Positions 38,978 through 50,905 of a stretch of 64,000 nucleotides of DNA are shown here, in pieces. The DNA is from the human T2T-CHM13v2.0 reference genome, Homo sapiens. The position numbers were made by a program, and so were the translations under genes. Where the stretch lies: NCBI RefSeq assembly GCF_009914755.1, contig NC_060927.1; one strand, given 5' to 3'. The first letter of the stretch is position 1. Each line of letters starts with the position of its first letter. The notes beneath the pieces were generated by a model. That model was not told where the DNA came from. It saw only the letters and a list, made by a program, of their open reading frames with translations, and did not search any database.

Positions 38978-39540
38978 CAATAGGTTTCACCTGAGAATTT
39001 GAAGTAATTCAGAGACAGATTTAATATTCTTTGACCAATAGAGATACCGAGAAACTGTGCACACTAAAATGAAAATAAGCAATAAAAGCAAATAGTACTC
39101 AAAATTTAAATGACATTGGTTAACAATGGAGTACGAAAAGGTTATTGAATGTGCTAAGTCTAATGCTTTAACACTCTTCAATCATTCACCTTTTAATGCA
39201 GACCTTTAATTATATTCATAATCTTATCTTGGTGAACTCTACACCCACACCTATGAATTCTGTCAATTTCTTAGTTAAACAAAACTCTCCTAGAAACCTA
39301 GGACCAGGGTCAGAGATAGAATTAAAATCACCCACTCTCAGGAGAAATGGAGGAAGCATTTACACTGAAAGTCTGCTGAATCCCAGATTCTGTAATATAA
39401 ACCACTTAATAATCTATACTGACATTTCAAAGCTTAGGAAAGGGAATGTTGTACAACCCTGGACTTCATTGTGTTTATTCCCTATGAGGCACAGAGCAAG
39501 ATAATAAACAAGCCCCTCAAGCTAAAAGAGGAACACAGAA

Positions 39541-39630
39541 ACATATATGTGTGTATATATATATATACTATACACACACATATGTATGTGTGTGTATATA
39601 TATACATATATATGTATATATGTATATCAC
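39541..39630. repeat. (TA)/(TG)/(CA) compound microsatellite; a second one at 39876-39920
   Basis: Seen directly. Confidence 0.9.
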
Positions 39631-39660
39631 AGAAACATATATATTTCCCAAATTTGTTCC

Positions 39661-39838
39661 CAAATTTTTCTTAAAAAGCACCCCAGTTCAGGTATCTTGA
39701 ATAAAGAAAATTAGTCATAGACGAAAAAAAAGAAAACCTTCCAGTTGTCTACCAAGAAAAAACTAATATGGATATTACATGCATTTCTATTTTGAAGACC
39801 AACAGTTTATTAATTTATTAATAGAACCTGTATTTTTC
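39661..39838 (+). repeat. Copy 1 of a ~180 bp local duplication (GADL1 3'UTR)
   Basis: Shares identical blocks of 43, 27 and 23 nt with 41293-41471. Confidence 0.95.
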
Positions 39839-39889
39839 TGTCAATTATTGTGCTTTCAATTATTGTGCTTTGAATTATATATATATATA

Positions 39890-39921
<32 letters not shown>

Positions 39922-40190
39922 ATTTTAACTTTTGAGAATGGATAATTTTAACTTTTGAGATAAACATTCAGCCTGCATAAAACATAAATCTCTATGAAGT
40001 AAACATCTTATACAGTTTCTCTCTTTAAAAATAGCTTTGACATGCTTCTGATGTCCTTAAATATTTGTGCTGCAGATGCCATAGTTGTATTTTTTCAAAG
40101 ACTGGCTCAGAGGCTTCTGAAATATTAGATATCCCTTTGCTGGCAAAACATCAGAGTGGGTATTCGATCATTACAAGGTTTTTCTTAAAC

Positions 40191-40380
40191 CAGTGTTTCT
40201 CGGATTTTACTGTGCATCAGAATTCCCTGACGGGCTTGTTAAAACACAGAATACTGGGCCTCACCCCCAGAGCTTCTGATCCAGTTGGTCTAGAGAAAGC
40301 CTGAGAATCTGCATTTTTAGCAAGTTCCCAGGTGATGCTTTGATGCTGATAGTCCAGGGACCACACTTTGAGAACCACTG
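40191..40380. mobile_element. MER5A in the GADL1 3'UTR
   Basis: CAGTG..CACTG termini; 'cccaggtgatgc..ggaccacactttgagaaccactg'. Flanks tcttaaac/ctttaaac. Confidence 0.92.
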
Positions 40381-40720
40381 CTTTAAACCGTTAGTTTATA
40401 AGTTCTTTAAAGAGCAATGTAAGCTTAGAATCCAGAACCTACATGGTACTTACTAAACTCTCTTCAGAGCTGTGTTCCAGGGGCATTCCTTGAGAAAATC
40501 TTTTTTTTTTTTAAACTTTCTTCTTTTAGCAACAGTAATGCCCAGGCAGCTAGAGAGTCCTTAATATTCATTGCTTAGCATTTTGGTTTTGCTGGGCCTG
40601 GACTGGGAGTATTCCCTATTTCTCATCAGAAGGGCTGCAATCTACTGTGTATCTCCAAGATGTTCTGGATCTAAACTCTCCCAGGATAGGATCTATGCCT
40701 CTGGGGGACCAAAGCCACAG

Positions 40721-40894
40721 CTACATGTCTTTACCCAGTAAGTCTATCTCATCCAGGAGGAAGTCCATGTCCTCCCGGCTCACTTGAGGGCTGATCACCA
40801 CCTGGCGGAAGAAGTTGACCTTTCCCCGGTGCGGCTGGTAGCCCAGCATCAAGCTTCCCTTCTTCATCATCCTCTCCTTAATGGCTGGGGCCAC
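40721..40894 (-). CDS. GADL1: Glutamate decarboxylase-like 1, last coding exon (57 aa plus TAG)
   Basis: Minus-strand acceptor cctctccccttttctccccacacAG. Translation VAPAIKERMMKKGSLMLGYQPHRGKVNFFRQVVISPQVSREDMDFLLDEIDLLGKDM* is the C-terminus of a group II PLP decarboxylase (GAD/CSAD/GADL1 family), and the position next to TGFBR2 fits GADL1. Confidence 0.97.
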   Translation of the reverse strand: MAPAIKERMMKKGSLMLGYQPHRGKVNFFRQVVISPQVSREDMDFLLDEIDLLGKDM

Positions 40895-41029
40895 CTGTGT
40901 GGGGAGAAAAGGGGAGAGGGGTGAAAGACCAGAATATCAAGGCATTTCAATAGCATTTTCACCAGCCATTGGACATTTACTGGGCATCCACTGGTTTGGA
41001 TCCCATTCTCATTCACACAAGGTTGACAC

Positions 41030-41230
41030 TAATAATAATAATAATTTATGGAGGACTCATGAGTACTGATTCAAGTGCTTTAGACATATTAATTAATCTT
41101 CACAATAACAGTGAGGAAGATGCTACTAATGTGCCCATTTATGGTCGAGAAAACAGGTACATGGCGAGTAAATCAGTATCTCAAGGTCCCAGGCATTTTC
41201 TCCCTAAGCCCATACTCTTAAGTGTAAATC
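41030..41230 (-). mobile_element. MIR
   Basis: 'taatttatggaggactca..gtgcttta..aatcttcacaataac..gcccattt'. Confidence 0.7.
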
Positions 41231-41292
41231 ATTATTCAATGCTGCCTCATTAAAAACAAATCAGGTGTCCACAGGGATTACAGTCTCATTCT

Positions 41293-41471
41293 CAAATTTG
41301 TCTTAACTAAAAAACACCCCAGTTCAGGTATCTTGAATAAAGAAAATTAGTCATAGATGGAAAAGAAGGAAACCCTTCCAGTTGTCTACCAAGAAAAAAC
41401 AAATATGAATATTATGTACAGTTCTATTTTGAAGCCTGTTTATTAATTTATTAATAGAACATGTATTTTTC
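41293..41471 (+). repeat. Copy 2 of the ~180 bp local duplication (GADL1 intron)
   Basis: See 39661-39838. Confidence 0.95.
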
Positions 41472-42609
41472 ATCCTAGAAAAAAAGAAAGTTAGATATTA
41501 TTCTTATATATGAAATATAAACACCCTGTCTCTTATTAAGAGATGTAAATGTGGTAATAAAATTAGGAAGCACATATTTTAAAGATCTACAGCTGACATG
41601 AGAAGTACAGGCCCTGATAATCCAGATACACAGATTTTTCTAAAAGTTTAATGTTTGAAGAAACTAGTCTAATTTAAGAACCACATGGGAAAATCAGTCC
41701 ATTTTCTAATCAGTAGTATGGCCACCAAAGAGCTAGGTTGTAAACTTTTAAAATAGTGAAGTTCATTTTTGATACACTGAGTTAAAATATTAAGAATGCA
41801 TTTTTACTGTCTTGGAAATACAAGCAAAGTTTTTCCACTTGAATTTTATTTTAACTCTGAAAACTTTTTGAGTGTGTCCTATGTGAATATGTGGAAAGGG
41901 AATATAATGAGTTTCTATCCTTGCCTTCTCAGGAAGATGAGACTTACTCCTCCAGAAGGGAGGAGTACATATAGAAAGAACACCAGGCAGAGTGTGCTTT
42001 TAAACTCCTTAGGTGAGGGGCATGAATCTGGGTTCCCACGAGTCTCCCTCTCTCGTAATGTGATAATCTCACACCAGCCCAGTTTTTGAACATACCCACA
42101 TTTTGTCAGCAAGTCAAATGACTTCATCTGACACTCAACACAATCTTGATCTGTTCCAAAGCTGATGAAAAAATTGGGTGTTTTAGACCTCTGAAGATAT
42201 TATGTGTTGAACTTAACCACAGAGCCTTCTCAAAGGATGTTCAAGGTTAATTTTAACTCAACACTTTTTTTTCCACATGTACTAATTTTAGAATATAAGT
42301 CTTGCAAAACATGGACTACACAGTGCTTGCAATAACAAAACAAACACCTATTCAGGAAAATCACATTGCCATTCTAGCAAAAAACTGGAAGTTTCTTACA
42401 TTATCACAAGATATGAAAAGAAAATATATGAGTGTAAAAGAAAAAATGTAGAAAAGGTGATGTTAGAGGTCAAGTTAGTGAAAAAAGCATGGGCCATCAG
42501 GTTCTACAAACTTCTAAATATATGTGACACATTTTATTCTGAGCTTTCTAGAGATTAGAAAAATGTAACTAAACAACAGCCTGCATTCACTTGAAAAGAG
42601 TGGCAAATG

Positions 42610-43295
42610 TCCAGTTGATGCTGGAAGCCAGAAGCTAGGAAGTAACTCTCTACTATGCTTATACATATCTGCTTCAAACCCATGAATTTGTATGCATTGG
42701 TTGAGTTTTCTTCCAAATCCATGTATGCAAGTAGTAATTCTAAAATCTAGTAAAAAAATATGTAAAACAAAGATAGATGAGTGCCAAAAAAAGTGATTTT
42801 TGTAAAAACTAAGTTGAGTCCTTTGGAAAGAAGAGATAAAGGGGGATGGCTAAACATCATTGTGATCACACTAGGCAAGAGAACTGTAAAAGCTTTTGAG
42901 AATCCAGACTGATTCTGCACGGAGATCGCTACACAGGTGTCTGAGTACTTACTTCACCTGAAGAAACCCGAGCTGCATAAGACAGATGATTCCTGAAGAA
43001 TGTAGTTTATGCAAGAACAGTGGAGGGCCCTCTCATCATCAGACCTCTACTTAAGAAAAGTTTCACTTGTTTATAAAAAGCATTTGGAAATCTTCACTAG
43101 GTGGAAAAAACCTTTCCATCAAAAGATGGTAACATAAATGTACACTGATATACAAATATAACATTAAAAATTTAAATATAAAGATACAAATATTAAATGG
43201 GAAAATGCTCACATTATGTATGTATCACATTATTTTCTAGAATTATTTGCTTTACCTGACTAATCCTCCTCACCTTAGGTAGGAGGGCTTCTCGT
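42610..43295 (+). mobile_element. Tigger15-like (TcMar-Tigger) remnant
   Basis: From 42777 'atgagtgccaaaa..aaaactaagttgagtcctttggaaaga..gataaaggg..ctgaagaaacccgagctg..tttatgcaagaa' is a degenerate Tigger transposase N-terminus (KTKL..LE..DKG; LKKPEL; FMQE). Ends 'gagggcttct'. Confidence 0.65.
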
Positions 43296-45251
43296 GCATA
43301 TGTGGATATAAATGGGTCTGCGTGCATAAGCATGTGTGTGTGTGTGTGCCTGTGCATATATGCACATGTTAATATACACACTCACATATAATTTAAACCT
43401 CTGACCCACCATATTGTACTGCTTTTAAAATCTCTCTGGCCACAGGGCAATGGAGAACCACGCTTTGACTTAGGTTCATCATAAAAGTACACTTGTTTTT
43501 AATTCAAAGAACAAGTGGCTTTCTGAATGCAAACTGTGAGAAAAAGACAACAGTAGTGCCAGTGCTGAATCAAGATTGGGAAGACCTGGTTTACATGGAC
43601 CAAATGTCTAGCTAGAAGGGCCACAGACTATCAGTTTTAGAGCTTACAGCTTGCGGTTCTGTGGTTCTTGTTTTTGAAATCAAAATTCTCTTCATGTTCC
43701 TCTCCTTCGTCCTCCAGGTACCCAGGGTATAACTGGCTCTGGCTTGTAGCCAATTTTAAATGTAAAACAGGCATGCTCTTGGCTCAGGCCTAATTTGCAT
43801 AGTGTATTCCTGTTTACTTTTCAATACTTCCATTTTTTCTCCCAAAATGGTATTTTATGCCTTATCTTTGGAGAGCATTAGAATTTTGATTCCAGTACAT
43901 AATATATCTGAGGCTCACATGAGGCAATTATCAAAATGAATCTGTCACGTTTGTATTTCTTGTGAGGAAGCCAGAAATACTTTCTAACGTGAACAAGAAA
44001 GGTAAAGGAAGAGGGCACCTCAGATGTTTTAATATAAAGATACTTTGGATGTTTAAATTCTTGCTCTTGTGTAAAGCGCATGACTGTACTTCCATGGGCA
44101 AAACGCAGGGAATAAAAACCAAACTTCTAGGACAAATTTTGTTACTGACTTTCTGAGATTATAAAGACATAACTAAATATATGACTCAGAGAACTAGCTA
44201 AGCAAGGGTTTAACAGTACAACACATTTTTATTTATGAGTCTATGAACTATAAGATTAATTCCTACAGGCAGTTACTACTAGGTAAAAAAGGAAGGTCTC
44301 CCTTGTCTATGAATACTTCGCGGGAAAGAAAGTAATAACATCAAAGCTGATATTCATCAAATCTTTATCACAAACTATTCTGCTGGTAGTAGTAGTTGTT
44401 GTTTTTAACAAGTATTTTACCAGTTCTTTACAATTTGCAATGTCCTCTCACTTGTCTGATTCCCATAAATTCAAATTAAAGCTTATTTGAAAGGAATTCA
44501 TGTTTTGGCAATTTAGGGACCAAGCACGTTCTCACTAACAGTCAGCTTATCACCTTTGCACTTAAAATCAACCATTTTTTATTTATGAAGCTCCAGGCAT
44601 AATCCAATGCTAGGTAATTTGGATATTCCTTTTTGCTGATCACAGCAGAGACAGTCCTAATCTGACAGGATGGCATGGTCACAGGGGAAGGAAAATATGC
44701 ATGAACTAAATGTAGGTATCCAGATACCACCCCTAAATGGGGCGCGCATAGAGGAAAGCAATTTGGCAGGAGTGAGATTGCTTTCCAGCTCTCAATTATT
44801 TTTCTGCTGTTTTTTCTTCAAATTGTAAATCAAATTCTTTTCTTGTGCCTCAGTGCACTGGTCCCTGCATCTTAAGTGGAGGAAGATTCTGACATTTCTA
44901 TTTGGATACACGGTGACTTAATGTACACATTTCTGTGGAATTTGTCTCTCCCTACCCCTGAGTTATGTTCCATCAGTGATTTAGTCATTTAAATAGAGTC
45001 TCGTTGCACATCGCTGTAGCACCAAATAGGATTTGATATTTAAAAGTTGCTTAAACCCAAGGAAAAATAAAATAAAATGACTTTCTTTCTGACCAAGCAG
45101 GGCAATTCGATAAAAAGCTTCTGACCAGGCATCATTATTGCCTTTGATTAAAATAAAATGATAATTTCCATAAAATGACATTTCTTTTTAAGAATTTGTT
45201 ATATACTCAGTGTTAACAAGAACAGTTTTTCAAAATACAAAGTGTTTTTCA

Positions 45252-45529
45252 GGGTCGGGCATGGTTGCTCACGCCTGTAATCTCAGTACTTTGGGACGCC
45301 AAGGCGGGCAGATCACTTGAGGCCAGGAGTTTGAGACCAGCCTGAGCAAAATGGTGAAATCTGTCTCTACTAAAAATACAAAAATTAGCTGGGTGAGGTG
45401 CTGCTTCTTTGTAATCCCAACTACTAGGGAGGCTGCGGCACGGGACGCAGGGGTTGTGGTGAGCCAAGATCACTCCACTGCATTCCAACCCGGGTGATGG
45501 AGTGAGACTCTGTCTTAAAAAAAAGTAAT
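45252..45529 (+). mobile_element. Alu (S/J) with an internal deletion in the right arm
   Basis: 20-bp TSD aaaatacaaagtgtttttca at 45232-45251 and 45530-45549. Confidence 0.93.
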
Positions 45530-45539
45530 AAAATACAAA

Positions 45540-45800
45540 GTGTTTTTCAAACTATCTGTGGGGAAGGATCAGTTTTATTTTTTTCAATGCATTATAAACT
45601 AATACTTTAGTAAAATACAATAAAAATCAATTACTAGCAAAATGAAATAAAAATACAAGCCCAATTTTGTTTATTTTTAAGTTCAATAGTAAAGCTAATC
45701 TGTTAAGGTTGCTATAAAAGTTTCTAAATGGAAACTGTGGATTTCCATAAATTTCTTATTGCAGACTGGTGACACAGATGGGTTGGGATTGCTGCTGTGG
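45540..45800. mobile_element. hAT-Charlie MITE (Charlie18-like)
   Basis: 'ttcaaactatctgtggggaaggatcagtttt', 'gtaaaatacaataaaaat..ttactag..aaatgaaataa', 'ttgctataaaagtttctaaa'. Confidence 0.55.
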
Positions 45801-46039
45801 CTTTCTTCCAGTATAGTTTTTCTGGAACAATCACAAAAACTAATTTGCTTTATACTTTCCTCCCACGTAATCTGGGTTCCCAATGTGTCCCACTTTCTAT
45901 GTCAACTTGAGGAGAGTTCTGCTGAGTGGGATATTGAAATCTAGTTCATGGAAAAAATTGGCATGAAATGTTCATACTTTGTATCTGGCACCCAAAACTA
46001 TCACTGAGACTTACATACCTCCCTCCCCTGTAAAGTCAT

Positions 46040-46190
46040 CTCTTTTCTTTTCTTTTCCTTTTCTCCTTCCTTCCTTCCTTCCTTCCTTCCTTCCTTCCTT
46101 CCTTCCTTCCTTCCTCCTTCCCTCCCTCCCTCCTTCCCTCTCTCCCTCTCTTGATTGCTTGCTTGCTTTCTCTTCTTTCTTTCTTTTTTT
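46040..46190. repeat. (CCTT)n/(CCCT)n/(CTTT)n polypyrimidine tract
   Basis: Seen directly. Confidence 0.95.
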
Positions 46191-47829
46191 GTAGTTTGGG
46201 GTCATCTTAGATTTTCTGAAGCCAGGTGGAGATACACCACGGATCAAGGCAGGGGCCAGAATTCAGGGCATGAACAGCATCAAGGGGAGAGCTTAAGTGG
46301 AAGGATTTCAGTCCAAGAGAAGTATTAACATGTCAAGACAATTCAGACTTTGATGGGCTTTCCCCGTGCCTCCCCCTTCTGAGGGGGTGCTCCAATGCAG
46401 TGGCTATCTAGAAGGCAGAGTTTTTCCTGTCTCACTGTACTCAGGAGAAATTAGCCACAGTCCTCAAAAGCTGAAGGCTGATTAACCATCTGAGAAAAGC
46501 CAACCTAGAGAGTCTTGAATGCCAGCTTCTGCAGATGTGAAAAGTTAGACATGTGAGAAAGCATGAAATTCTTTTATTTGCTTTATTAATTTTTCTGGTA
46601 TTTATCTCCATAACTAAAGCATTATGGTTGCCAGTGAATTTAAGGTCTTCAGAACCATGTTAGATCACAAAGTCTCACATCGATTTACATCTCTGTTTGC
46701 CTTTTAGTTTCAATTTTTGTTTAAGTATATTCTTCAGTGGAAAGTGGATTTCATCTGTTTCTGGTGATGAAAGAGCTCAACAATATGTCTCATACAAATA
46801 CTTCTTAAAACCTAATGAATATTCTTATCTCTGAACTACATATCTGACCATAAATATGAACTGAATTATTCTGCCTGTAAATATGAACTGGATTTTCCTT
46901 TACACGTGCAGCTCACAACATGTAGAGCTGAAATGGGCTTTGGATTCCGCTAAATATATATCCTCTAGTGTGTAACCTCCATGTTAGCCAGGCAGGTTGT
47001 TACTAAATGAACAGCTGTTGACAGAAAGCATTTCCTTATCGTCCAAACATATGATAGTGCAAAAAAGAAAGTGGTTGTTTTAGTCTTATATAAAAAAATT
47101 TTTGTGGTAATGGTTAGCTTTACATCTTTAAAATGTATTAAACGGATAGTTTCACCAAATAAAAAAAATTGCTAACCCACAATATAGAAGCTTTTCTTTG
47201 TATTTCCAAATATGTCTGAGTAATTTGTCTCTTCTCCCAAATGAGACATCTTACATACCAGACATTTGCCCTCCCAACACAGCTTGCTTTTGTCCATAGC
47301 CATAAACTGCAGAAATTTTGATTATCTTTCATCATATAGTCAATTTTGCTCCCCATTAAGGAAGAAACCAGTACTTGACAGACAAGTACTTTAGCACCTT
47401 CATGTTTCTTAGAGCACCTGACAATGTAAAGAGGGGAAAATAATAGCCTTCTTAGTTTGTGTTCAGGTACCATCTAAATCTCTCTACTTTGTTGTTGTTG
47501 TTTTTCTTCCTGATTTAGTCTTAGGTAAAATGATCTGATTTCTCTGTTGTTTCATCAAGTTACACATTTTCCTTCTGGAATAGAAAAATAGCAAGGGTGC
47601 TGCCCTTTTTGAAAGCTACTTGATCCATGCAGTAAAGAAAACTAAATCTCCCATTGCATTGTGTAGAAGGGGTCACACTATACAATTTAACCTTCTACGG
47701 CAATTGTTTGTTAATGAAAAATTTAGAACATTTTTCTTAAAAATGCCAAATCGAATGAAATCATTCACTCTATTTTCTTCTTCTTCTTTACATTGGTGTT
47801 TTGGCTGTATAGTCTTCATGAAAAAAGAA

Positions 47830-48195
47830 ATGTGAATGTTTACAGCAACTTTATTCAAAGCAACACAAATGTACTTCAAGTACAGAATGGATAAACAAAA
47901 CTGTGGTATACCTATACAATGGAATACTACTCAGCAATTAAAGGGAATAAACTACCAACACAACATAGAAGAATCTCCAATAGATTATGCTAACAGAAAG
48001 AAGCCAGACTCAAAGGCTGCCTTCTATATGTTTCCATTTATGTGGCATTCTGGAAATGGCAAAATCAAATGGCTAGAGAAGAGATGAGTGGTTGCCAGGA
48101 CTTGGGCTGAGGGGAAGGGTTGACTACAAAGGGTCAGTCCTAGGGAATTTTGGTGAGTGATGAACACTGTGTCATGGCGGTGGGTATATAAACAC
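47830..48195 (+). mobile_element. L1ME-type 3' end
   Basis: 'gaatggataaacaaaactgtggtata..atggaatactactcagcaat', 'aagccagactcaaaggctgc', 'agtggttgccagg'. Confidence 0.85.
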
Positions 48196-48606
48196 CAGCA
48201 GACAATAAATTCTGTTCGAAGCTGGGCCTTTGCACTCTTGGGTGCAAAGGAAGAAGGCATTTTGAACATGGTGGAACTTGAAGCTTTTCTTCCTGGTGGG
48301 CTGAGTGGAATAATGGGAACTGCATGGCTCAAAGATTTTGGGGGCTCTACCACACATCAGATTGAACATATTTAAATGTACCCAACATACTTATTAAATA
48401 TAATTCATATGCAATCATAGAAGATTTCAGTTGAATTGTGATGGACTAAATTAACATAATCTTTCATTATGTTTGTTTTTCAGTTTTCCTTTTACATTTT
48501 GGATCCATTTTTAAAACTAGCAAGTATTTTAATGTGGCCCTATTGAATTCCATGCTCTCAATGTTTATTTTGCCTGATGATTAAATAAACAAGCTCTGTT
48601 CACACT

Positions 48607-48735
48607 AGTGTGATCAAATATCTAGTTTGCTCAGGAGACACCCATTTTATACATGTTTTCCTGTAATTATCAATAACACCCCTTTTCATGGCCATAAGTG
48701 TCCCAGTTCAGATGATAAACTTTATGGATTAGACC
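48607..48735. mobile_element. MER94 (hAT-Blackjack)
   Basis: 'gtaattatcaataacacccccttttca..aagtgtcccagtt..gatgataaa'. Confidence 0.7.
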
Positions 48736-48764
48736 GACCATACACAGACCAACAGACTAGCTTA

Positions 48765-48950
48765 GACTGACTTGTGACCTAATTCCTGAGATTCTCTGTG
48801 ACTTTGGGCCAATATTTAACTCCTCTGGGAATCATATTTCTCTTCCATTCAGAGCCGATAATCCTTTGCAGGGTCCTTATGTGGACTAAATGAAATAATG
48901 AGAACACAATAAGCATAGTGCTTGGCATACTAGGCACTCACTAATAGGAA
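48765..48950 (+). mobile_element. MIR
   Basis: 'ctgtgactttgggcc..tttaac', 'ggactaaatgaaataat', 'gcatagtgcttggcata'. Confidence 0.7.
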
Positions 48951-50693
48951 CTAATATTATTTATTTCTTAAAATAAATTTGTATTTAATCAATTTACACT
49001 CCCGCTTGGACTTTTATTACATTATTTCATTATTATCTCTTGAGACATGAACATTTGCAAGTGCTATGAAAAACATGAAATAATTTATTTTCTCCCCGAA
49101 GTGTCTAAACTGGATTTAAATATTTATGAGACAGGCTGCAAGTTTGAAGTTTCAGAAATTAAATATTGCAACTCATGTATGCCATTAATCTTCCATTTAA
49201 GTTCCAGGATTTTTTCAAACGTTGATAAAGTCAACTTACATTTTTCCTTTACAAAGTAACACAGTCATTGATAATCTTGGCAGATTTTTTGGAGGGAAGT
49301 TTTCCACTAAAATTTATTGTGGGCAGGGATGAGTTTTTATTATATTCTAGAAATTTCTATCTGTTGCATAAGTTGTTAGAATACAAAAACATTTTAAAAG
49401 TAAAAAAAGTTACTTTTTCTTGGACCCATGAAAAGGCCATGTACTTAAAATTCATGAGCTTATTTCCAGCATTGTGCAGTCTCCTTGTGCTTTCTTGTCA
49501 CTTATGTCTTTATCAAAGAAAGGTTGAAGAATACTATTTGGTATGTCCCAAACGTACAAGAAAATACAAATCACCTAGATTCAGGCCCCAATCAGAGCAG
49601 CTGAATTTGAATTTCAGTCGAATAAGCCTAGTGGTCTGTATATTTACCAGGCCACCCAAATGCTCTTTTTCATGATGTAAGTTTGGTGAATGATGATCTC
49701 TTACTTAGGACTTTGGGAGAGGCAAAGGTGAGGTTGGAGGTAAGAGGAGTTTAGTAAAGGAAAAGCAATTTTGACAGAAGAGGGGAGAGGAAATTGAGAA
49801 TTTCCTCTCGCATTGCTTATGTCGATTTTGTAATAAAACAAACCAGTGACCTTCAAAGAAGTTGTTAGCCAACTTTTTTGTTAATCATAAAATCTAATAA
49901 AGTGTTTAAAACACTTAACCATGGCCCAGGAAACAATGAGCCTCTTAGTTTTGACTGCTCAAAGAATCAATTTTTCTCTTCTAATATATTTTCTGCCATT
50001 TTTAAACCTATCTAATTCTTCTCTTACTCCTTCATACAACCTTACTCATTTCCCCTGATACCTCCCCAATCCATAATTTAGAGGTAAAATGCATTAGTAT
50101 GAGTCTCTCAAGTTTAAATTATGTAAAATTGGTGGTCTATAGCCCATGAAATCATGTGCATCCAAGAGATCATTTTAGCTTGGCAGAATATGAAGAAAAA
50201 AGCCATACTTTGATTGGACATACCTTTTTCAAATATGAATTTTACCCTTATTTTCCTCCTGAGTATATCTGAAAATCAGACATGCGCAAAATAAAAGAAC
50301 TGCCTCATTCATGTTCTTTCCAATACAGATGAGCAAAGCTACAGAAACAAAGAGTTTAGAAACCCCAAAAGCCAGAAAAACACAGTGAGCTTCACATTTG
50401 GTGTTTACAACATAGTGACAATGATGACAGCACTTCCAATAAACCTAATGTCAGTCATATATTCAAGGCAGCTGAAATGAACAGTCATAAAAACAAACGA
50501 AACTGAACTGAAAGCTTTAGCTGAACAATGGACACAATAAACATTTTATACACTCTATAAAGCAAAAGCTTAATACCCAGTTGTGTCTCAGCAGCCACCT
50601 GAGCTAATAGCTCCTGAGTAACTGTTGTGGGCCAACTCCCAAATGTCTGCCTATGTTGGGAGATCCCTGTACTGCTCCCTAAATGCAGTTATT

Positions 50694-50905
50694 CAGTAGC
50701 TCTCTACCAGAGGTGCTACCAACTCCCTTGGGGCATTTGGAATCATGGCAAAGCATTTTGGATGGTTGCAATGACTGTGGAGTGCTACTTGCAGTTAGTG
50801 TCTCATGGTTAAGGGTGCCAAACACCTCACAATGCTGAAAATAAATCTGCCCAAGGAAGAATCATGTTATCCAAAATGCCAGTAGTGCCTCTGTTGAGAA
50901 ACACT
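50694..50905. mobile_element. MER20-related hAT MITE
   Basis: 'ggggcatttgg..ggttgcaatgactg..tgctac..aaacacctcacaatg..ccaaaatgccagtagtgcctctgttgagaaacac'. Confidence 0.6.

Larger units (their letters stand above)
38670..40720 (-). other. GADL1: GADL1 3'UTR
   Basis: Lies between the stop codon and the distal AATAAA. The 3' end is approximate. Confidence 0.75.

Noticed and set aside
49268-49675. 135-aa ORF
   Set aside because: Non-ATG start, AT-rich, and ends in a MER5-like remnant.
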